Positions 52,823 to 64,000 of a stretch of 64,000 nucleotides of DNA are shown here, piece after piece. Numbering within the stretch: position 1 is the first letter of the stretch; each line of letters starts with the position of its first letter. A program made the position numbers and the translations under genes. The DNA is taken from the NCBI RefSeq assembly GCF_009914755.1, contig NC_060942.1, one strand, 5' to 3'. A model generated the notes under the pieces. That model was not told the DNA's origin. It worked only from the letters and a program-made list of their open reading frames with translations, and ran no database searches. Source of the stretch: the human T2T-CHM13v2.0 reference genome, Homo sapiens.

Positions 52823-53399
52823 TTAAAATCTGTACTAAAAAATTTAAGCAGGCAAAATCAAAGTCAAATTGCATCAAAGAATCTGTTAGGGCAAGTTTTT
52901 CTGATAAAGCAAAAGAGAAATTAAATACATTTATTATATTAAATAATCGGGACTATTACGTGGACCAAGAGGAGAAAAACAATACATTTTTCATTTTTCA
53001 TTCAAAAAAGAGATTACTGGATTGATGACATTATAGCAAAATTTAAAAATAGCATATTTTAATGATTAGAGGGTTGGGACTTTGTGCCTCACTTCACAAC
53101 CTCTGAGGACAGGAGAGAGGATGAAAGTTAAATTGATCATCAATGGCCAAGGATCTAATCAATCATACCTGTGTAACAAAGCCTCCATAAAAACCCAAAA
53201 GGACTGGGTTTGGAGAGCATCTGGATGGCTGAATAAGTGGAGGCTCCAGAGGGTGACACACCGGGGAGAGCATGGAAACTCCACACTTCTTCTCGCACAT
53301 AGCTTGTTCTATGTATCTCTTAGTGTGTATCTTTTATAATATCCTTTATAATAAAAATTGGTAAATGTAAAAAAAAAACTCCAGTATCTTTAAAATGTA

Positions 53400-55800
53400 T
53401 GTATCAGAGGCTTCCAGTTTCTGATAATATCCAAGTAACTCCTACTGAACAAATTTTCTTTCACATAACAACTGTAATTTCTGGAAGAAATATTTAAAAC
53501 AGTTACTTTGAGGCACTAGAGAGAGCGAATGAAAGTAAACAGATAGAAGAAACTGATGGGAAAAGCACCAAACAAAAAGTAAAATTGTAGACTTAAATCT
53601 AACCATATCAATAGTTAAATTAAATGATAATGAAGAAACTCTCCAAGTATAGCAAGGCTCAACTATATGCTGTTTACAAAAACTACACCTTAAATATAAA
53701 GAGATGAGTTAAAAGTAAGTGCACAAAAAAAACTATATTATGAAAACATAAGACAACTGAGCTGTTTAGTTGTATTACTATTATGTAAAGTAGTCTTTAA
53801 GATGAAGAGTATTAACGGTGATAAAAAGGGACAATTCATAATGATAAAAGTTTTTGTTTATCAGGAAGACAAGGCAACCATAAAACTATATTCTCCTAAT
53901 AACAGAATACAGGACATGAGTAAAAAATCTACAGCTACCTTCCTGTTTATTGGGAAAAGAATGTCTAAATGCTTTCTTTCTGTGATTGAGAACAAGGTAA
54001 GATGCCCACTCTATATATTTCTAGTCATTATTATATGGGAGAGCTTAGCTAGTGCATTTAAGCAAGGAAATGAAACAAAAGGCATACAGATAGAAAGGAA
54101 GAAGTGCAGTTTGTTTTATTCAACTTGAGTATCTTTCTAAAATTTTTTTGAATCTTCGAAACAGCTATTAGAACTTGCAGCTGAAATTAGCAAAGGACAG
54201 CGTCTAAGCCAATATATAAAACTCAATTATATTTCTACGTACTATTAAGAAACAGTGGCAAAAGAAATTTTTAAAATAACATCAAAATATAAAATGCTTA
54301 AGGATAAATGTTATAAAATATGTTCAAGACCTATAAACTAAAAACTACAGAACATTGCTAATAAAAATTGAAAATAACATAAGATTTACTTATCTATTTA
54401 AGATACATTATGCTTATGGTTTGGAAAACTTAACATTGTTACGGTGTCTTGTCTCCCCAAATTGCTCAAAATTTAAGAAACCCAAATCCAAGTCCCAGCA
54501 GGCTTTTGATGGGGGTAGAAATTAGTAAATGGATTCTAATGGTTATACGTGAATGCAAAAGCAGTACAATAGTGAAGACAACAACATTAGAAGACTCTTG
54601 AAATCTGATTTTGAGGTTTATTACAGAGTCATGCAAATTTAAAAGGGCATAGTGGTGCAAGAATAGAAATGCAGATTAAGAGAACGAAAGAGCTGAGAAA
54701 AAGAAACCTAACGTATGTGGTTAAGTGGTTTTCAACAAAGACGCCAAAGTAATTCATTGGATAAAGCATAGTCTTTTCAACAAATAGTGCAGAAAAAAAT
54801 AGCTATCCATTTGAAAAGGAAAAAAGATAACTATTTCTTAGATAAGAAAGGATAAACATAAACCATAGAGGGAAAAATTGATAAATGGGACATGATAAAA
54901 AATTTAAATACCTGACTTTTGAACAACTTTTTAAAGAAAATGAAACTACAAGTCACATACTGGGAGAAAATATTTGAAATATGTGTATCTGACAAAGGAC
55001 TTGAATTCAGAAGATGTAAAAACTTCTATAACTCAGTAATAAGAAGACAGCAACACAATAAAAGAAACAGCCGAGAAATGAGAACAGACATTTCACAAAG
55101 AATAGATACATGCAAAGAGCAAATAAGTACATGAAAAGATATTTTGTTTATTCATCAGGAGAGTGTAAATTAAATTCTGATAACACTACATACGCATTAG
55201 AAAATATAAAAAGACTGAGATAGCAAGTGTTCATGTGGATGGGAAGCAACTGGAACTCTCAAACATTGCTTCTGAAAACATAAAACGATACAACCATTTT
55301 GCAAAACAGTTTGGCAATTTCTTATAAACATACACTTACTATCTGACATAGGAATTCCACTCCTATGTACTTAAAAAGAGAATTAAAAGCATATGTTCCC
55401 AATGACCCATTGGTGAATAATTATAGCAGTATTATTTGTAATATCCCAAAACTGGACAGGGATCAAATGTCCACCAAAAACTGTATAAATAAACTAATTG
55501 TGGCATAGCCATATAATGGAATACTACTTGGTTAAAAAATAGAATAAAATATGGCTACATGTAACAAGATTGATAAAGAAACCAGATACAAAAGAGTGTA
55601 AAACAAGCAAAACTAATTTATAGTTATAAAGAGCAAATTAATGGTTGCTTGGGACTGAGAGTATGAGGTGGTGTATGTGTACTACAAAGGAAATATTCTA
55701 TATTTTGCTAATGGTGATATGGATGTTTAAATTTGTCAAAACATCAAACTGTATACTTAGGATGGATACATTTTAATGCATATCAATTATACTTTGATTT
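53400..55800 (+). mobile_element. Old L1M remnant
   Basis: A-rich; degenerate ORF2 peptides (YWEKIFEICVSDKGLE) and an L1M-type 3' end. Confidence 0.7.
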
Positions 55801-55969
55801 AATATATATCAGTGTACATAGTATATTTGTCAGTATATTATAATTTTTTAAAGTTAACATGTTTTTTCTGGTTTTCTCTTTCTTAAAAATAATTTTGTAT
55901 TTTTAAATAGATCACAAATTTGCAGAAAAGCAAAAAATAACTTTCTTCTGAACCACTTGAAATTAAGTC

Positions 55970-56327
<358 letters not shown>

Positions 56328-56754
56328 TAACTTAGTATTTCCTACAAACAAAAAGCTTCTCCTGCGTGACCAAGTTATAATAATCAAAATCAGAACGTTA
56401 ACATTGATACATTAACTTTGATAGCACTGATATATTAACATTAATAACTTTCATCTTTAGACCTCAGTAACTTTTTGTGAACTGTCCCAATAACAGTCTT
56501 TTAAAGAAAATGATTGTATTTAGTATCATAGTTTGCATTTAGTTGTCATGTCTCTTTCCTGTCCTTCAGAAAGGAACAGTTCTGCAGGCTTTTTCTGAGA
56601 TTCATGACTTTGATGCTTTTCAAAATTATAGGCCAGTAATTTTGTAGAAAGTCTATCAATTTGCATTTGTCTGATATTTCCTCGTGATTAAATTTATCTT
56701 TTGGAGTAATATCGCAGACTGATGCTCTGTTCTTATTGCATTCTATCTGACGGC

Positions 56755-57760
56755 AGTTTCATGAAATGATTGATGCCTTACAAAAAGTTTATGGGGACAA
56801 TTCCCTGAAGAAATCCGCAATTTACTAATGGATAACTTATTTTAGGAAGGGATGAGATGATGTCGGAGATGAGGCCTGCAGTGGCAGACCATCAACATCA
56901 ATTTGCAAGGAAAAAATTCATCTCGTATCTGCCCAAATTGAGGCAGACCAACAGTTAACAATAGAAACAAATAGTCAACACTGTAGACATCTCTATTCGT
57001 TCAGCTTACACAATTCTGACTGAAAATTAGTAAAGTTTGGCAAACTTTCCACTCAAGGGGTGCCCAAACTGTTGTGCCCAGATCAGCTTCAGACAAGAGC
57101 AGAGCGCTTTCAGTGGAAATTCTAAACAAGTGGGATCAAGATCCTGACGTATTTCTTCAAATTGTAACAGGAGATGAAACATGGCTTCACCAATACAATC
57201 TTGAAGACAAAGCAAAATCAAAGCAATGGCTACCAAGAGGTGGCAGTGGTCCAGTCACCCCAAAAACAGACTGATCAGGAGCAGAGGTCATGGCAAGTGT
57301 CTTGGCATGCTCAAGGCGTTTTGCTTGTAGACATTCTGAAAGGCCAAAGAATGATAATATCTGCTTATTATGAGAATGTTTTGAGAAGGTTAGCCAAAAC
57401 TTTAGCAGAAAAATGCCTGGGAAGCTTCATCAGAGAGTCCTTCTCTGCCACAACAATGATCTTGCTCATTCCCCTCATCAAACAAGGGCAATTTTGTGAG
57501 AGTTTTGATGGGAATCTACCTTACAGTCCTTATTTGGCTCCTTCTGACTTCTTTTTGTTTCCTAATTTTAACAAAATCTTTAAAGTGCACTCATTTTTCT
57601 TCAGTTAATAATGTAAAAAAGACTGCATGGACATGGTTAAATTCCCAGGATCTTCAGGTTTTTAGGGATGGACTAAATGGCTGGTACCGTTCCTTACAAA
57701 AGTTTCTTGAATTTGATAGAACTTATGTTGAGAAATAAAGTTTATAATTTTTATTATGTA
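56755..57760 (+). mobile_element. HSMAR2-type mariner transposase remnant
   Basis: Peptides FLQIVTGDETWLHQY...SKQWLPRGGSGPV and PYSPYLAPSDFFLFP (mariner YSPDLAPSD motif), with frameshifts. Confidence 0.88.
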
Positions 57761-57764
57761 TGTA

Positions 57765-58377
<613 letters not shown>

Positions 58378-58479
58378 CACCTTTGTCCCTTTTAAGTCAA
58401 ACTGATGGTGTTTTCACTAATGATTATTTCAAAAATGCCATGTGTTTTCCTGTTAGGATTTGATCTCCGCCTAAAGCTA

Positions 58480-58927
58480 TTTCTTCTTCTTCTTCCTCTT
58501 CCTCTTCTTCTTCTTCTTCTTCTTCTTCTTCTTCTTCTTCTTCTTCTTCTTCTTCTTCTTCCTCTTCCTCCTCCTCTTCCTCCTCTTCCTCTTCCTCCTC
58601 CTCTTCCTCCTCTTCCTCCTCTTCCTCTTCCTCCTCCTCTTCCTCCTCTTCCTCCTCTTCCTCCCCTTCCTCTCCTTCTCCTCCTCCTCCTCCTCCTTCT
58701 TCTTCTCCTTCTTCTCCTTCTCCTCCTTCTCCTCCTTCTCCTTCTCCTCCTTCTCCTCCTTCTCCTCCTTCTCCTTCTTCTCCTTCTCCTTCTTCTTCTC
58801 CTTCTCCTTCCTCCTCCTTCCTCCTCCTTCCTCCTCCTTCCTCCTCCTTCCTCCTCCTTCCTCCTCCTTCCTCCTCCTTCTCCTTCTTCCTTCTTCTTCC
58901 TTCTTCTTCTTTCTTTCTTCTTCTTCT

Positions 58928-58964
<37 letters not shown>

Positions 58965-58975
58965 TCTTCTTTTTT
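58480..58975. repeat. Compound (CTT)n/(CCT)n trinucleotide tract
   Basis: About 495 bp of C and T only; pure (CTT)19 at 58504-58560. Confidence 0.95.
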
Positions 58976-59259
<284 letters not shown>

Positions 59260-59402
59260 TCCTAAAGTTATTTCTTAATTTTATCATTGCTTGTCCTGGA
59301 GAGGCTGAGGACAAAATTTTAGCACCCTGTCTAGAAATCTCCTTAGCTAGATCATCCATTGCATTAAGTAAAAATTTCTATTTTTCATGTGATGGCAGCT
59401 GA

Positions 59403-59690
<288 letters not shown>

Positions 59691-60011
59691 TTTTGCTTTA
59701 CTTTCAACCAGTACATAACAAGGGTCCTCCTTCCTCCAGCTACTGATAACATTGTCCTCACTTTCCTTTAGTACTTCCAGGTACTTTCTGCCAACAGCAA
59801 AGCCAAGATTAGATTCTAACATACTTGGAACTTTCATTCTCAGTGTAGGCCAGGTCAGAACACAAGAGCACAAATACTGATAATGGTGTCATTCATTGAT
59901 TAACATACTCTCTAAGGCTATAATTTACTGTAAATTGCCATTTTGAAATATTCTTTAATCTATACATTTCAGATTCTCAATGTATATTTTTCTAGATTTG
60001 GATTACACTAC

Positions 60012-60198
60012 CTGAATTGCTTGTCTAGTTTTTCACCCACAAAATCTTGTCTGTTACTTTACGTTATTTTCTATGTATGTATTTTTTACTTTCTCTCATT
60101 CTTTTATTTTTTTCTTTTCCTTTAGTTGTTTCTTCTTTCAATTTCATTTTGGTAAAATACTCATTTTCATCTCCTTCTAAGACCTTTCTTCATATTCC
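60012..60198 (-). pseudogene. CFAP53 exon-3 relic retaining both splice sites
   Basis: tttctttcag|...RKVLEGDENEYFTKMKLKEET...KRMRE...RQDFVGEKLDKQFR|gtagtg versus CFAP53 RELLALEENEYFTEMQLKKET...DRMRE...RQDFVAEKLDQQFR; contains a stop and a frameshift. Confidence 0.8.
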
Positions 60199-61483
60199 CT
60201 GAAAGAAATAAAGAAATTAAGCTGTTTTCAGAAGGAAGTTCTGTAGGCGGATTGTTTACCTGCGACTCCAACACAAACTCCCCCATGGGAAGGATGCATT
60301 CAGTGACAACTACCCAAGCACAGTGAGACCACCTGCCACATTTTAGAATTCCTGAGCACTAAGACCTTGTTATCAGAGGGTAGCGGTTAGGTGGTGAGGA
60401 CACCTTGGCTCAGGTGATAGATTCAGGAGTGGGGCTAGAGACGGGTGGGGCTTGGCAAGAGGGGCGGAGCCTGAGTGGAACCAAGCTTGGCAAGAGGACT
60501 GGAGCCATTAGGGGTGACTGCAAAGGCCAGGCTCTTGCCAAGCTGGTCACAATCTGTACTGAGCTATGACACCCTGAGCTGCTTGGCCCTTGATTGAAAA
60601 AAACTGCTAGAAACTCAGAAGGTTCAGAGTGTTCTCTCTGCTCCCCTCTCAGAAGACAGAAAAACTGAGGCCCCCAAATGGAAGGGTTTTAGGTGGTCCT
60701 GGTGTCCTCCTCGAGCCATGGTTTCAGAGCAGCCCCTTAAAACTGGTGTGACAAAGGCAAGGGGCACAAAAAGGTGTAGTTCATAAAGCATGGTTTAGAG
60801 GAACCTCAAATCAGAAATGATAAGCAATGCTCACCCCTCAATGGACTTCTAGGAGCACCCTCCATGCGTAGAGATCTTGGAGAACATATTGTGTAGTATT
60901 TGGCTGACTTGACTGATCACAGAGTGGGAATATCTCGACTGAAAGGGGGGAAATACCTCCTTGATGAAGAAGTGGATTCACTAAGAAGGAGAATCTAAGG
61001 GGACAAATTCCTGTATAAAATCAGAGTGGTGGTTATCCAAAGGGGATAGATTTGTTTTCCAGAGGAGAATGAGTCCCTCATGGTGGGGCACTTGGGGGAA
61101 CAGGCACTTCCAGGTATGTCTCTGGAAGTCCCAAGAGTTCAGCTCCCAATGGCCTCTATTTTATCTTTCAGTGGAAGGCTGAGGAACCTGCTGAAGGTGA
61201 AGGAGTGAGAATCTTTTTATAATTTGAGACTATTTGGTTTAGATGGATTGCATTTTGAATCTATCATATAGAGGGTCAAAATCTCATTATACTATCCAAA
61301 TCAACATCAGAAGTTAGTGAGAGATTCAGCATTCTGAAAGCTGAAGTTCATATATAGCTGTCTCAACTCTGGCTCAACTCAGTAGAGCAGGGCTGGAGTG
61401 GCAAGGTGGCACAGAAGTATGGCAGAGGTACATTACATGAGTTAGAGTTGAGATGTGGCCAAAAGGTATCAGAATTCCCTAGA

Positions 61484-61970
61484 GCAGCAGTCCCCAACTT
61501 TTTGGCACCAGGGACCAGTTTCGTGGAAGACAATTTCTCCACAGACCGGGGAAGGCGGGAGGGGATGGCTTAGGGATGATTCAAGTTTGTTACATCTGTT
61601 GTACACTTTGTTTCTATTATTATTACATTGTAATATCTAATGAAATAATTATACAACTCACCATAATGTAGAATCAGTGGGAGCCCTGAGCTTGTTTTCC
61701 TGCAACTAGACAGTTCCATCTGGGGGTGATGGGAGACAGTGACAGATCTTCAGGCATTCCATTCTCATAAGCAGCCCACAACCTAGTTCACAATAGGCTT
61801 CATGCGCCTATGGGAATCTAATGCCACCGCTGATTTGACATGTGGTGAAGCTCAGGTGGTAATGTGGGTGATGGGGAGTGGCTGTAAATACAGATGAAGC
61901 TTCGCTTGCTTGCCTGCCACTCAAGTCCTGCTGTGCAGCCTGGTTTGTAACAGGCCACAGATGATACCAT
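61484..61970 (+). mobile_element. MER1A-like hAT DNA transposon
   Basis: Starts CAGCAGTCCCCAACTTTTTGGCACCAGGGACCAGTTTCGTGGAAGACAATTT. Confidence 0.85.
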
Positions 61971-62589
61971 GGAAATAAAAGAAGCCCTGATTTGTAGAAT
62001 TTCACACTTTCCCTTGGTTAATTATACCCACTATGGGAAATTTAAAGTTCACAATCTGATGTAACTGAAAGAGTGGAATTGGAGAGATGCACAGTAGTAC
62101 AGCATTACAGAGCACTTCCACCATAGACGCAACAGACAAAATAACATCAAGAGCACAAATAATAGTAAAATGTAGTATAATAATTAGAAGGGTGAGCTTT
62201 TAGTATTACCTCTGGGATTTTTAAAAACATCTATGTTGAAATATAATTCACATACCATAAAATTCACCCATTTAAAGTAAAATAATTCAGTGATTTTAGT
62301 ATATTTTTAGAGTTTGTAACCATCACTACAATCAGTTTTAGAACATTTTAATCATCTCAAGCAGCAACATTATATAAATTTGCAGTCACTCCCCATTTAC
62401 CCCCAAGTGCCCTCCTCCTTGGCTCTGGGCAACCACTGATCACTGCCTATTGCACAGTTACCCTTTGTGGACATTTCACAAAGTCTATTGTGATTTGCTT
62501 CTTAGCATATTGTTTCCATGGTTCATCCATGTAATGACATGTATATAGCCTTACCCATTTTGTTGTATTGGCATCCTTGTTGAAAATCA

Positions 62590-63817
<1,228 letters not shown>

Positions 63818-64000
63818 GAAAATCATAAATGTAAAGATTATTTCTGGACTCTCGAGTCTATTCTGCTGATCCATATGTCTATCCTTACACCAGTCCCACA
63901 TAGTTTTGATTACTACATTACTTCATTCCTTCTTTTTCCTAAGTAATATTCCATTGTATGGATATACCACATCCATGAGTGGTGGACATTTGAGTTATTT

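Noticed and set aside
60390-60560. GC-box-containing patch as another copy of the 1.8-2.5 kb island
   Set aside because: No convincing alignment by eye and few CpGs.

Overview
Human-type mammalian genomic DNA. The gene content identifies it as the 18q21.1 locus; this comes from recognising the proteins, not from a database search. All three genes are on the minus strand: CFAP53/CCDC11 exon 1 and promoter (1-550), the complete MBD1 gene (15 coding exons, 605 aa, plus alternative exons) and the complete CXXC1/CFP1 gene (15 coding exons, 656 aa). About 42 kb of repeat-rich intergenic DNA follows (Alus, L1, LTRs, Tigger/MER2, HSMAR2, a 5S pseudogene, an ANKRD26-family retrocopy). Main observation: the window contains a decayed tandem array of at least four partial duplicates of the CFAP53 5' end (X-box promoter, exon 1, exon 3, flanking DNA). 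MBD1 and CXXC1 sit inside this array, and the 3' end of MBD1 appears to be built from it. MBD1's penultimate coding exon is largely an inverted copy of the CFAP53 promoter, with the X-box turned into the splice donor, and a phase-compatible CFAP53 exon-3 relic offers an alternative C-terminus. Other notable items are an APOA4-like coding fragment inside an LTR exonised by MBD1, a ~95-bp YY1 tandem array at the CXXC1 promoter, and recent templated insertions. Alignments were made by eye and repeat subfamily names are from recall, so both need computational confirmation.
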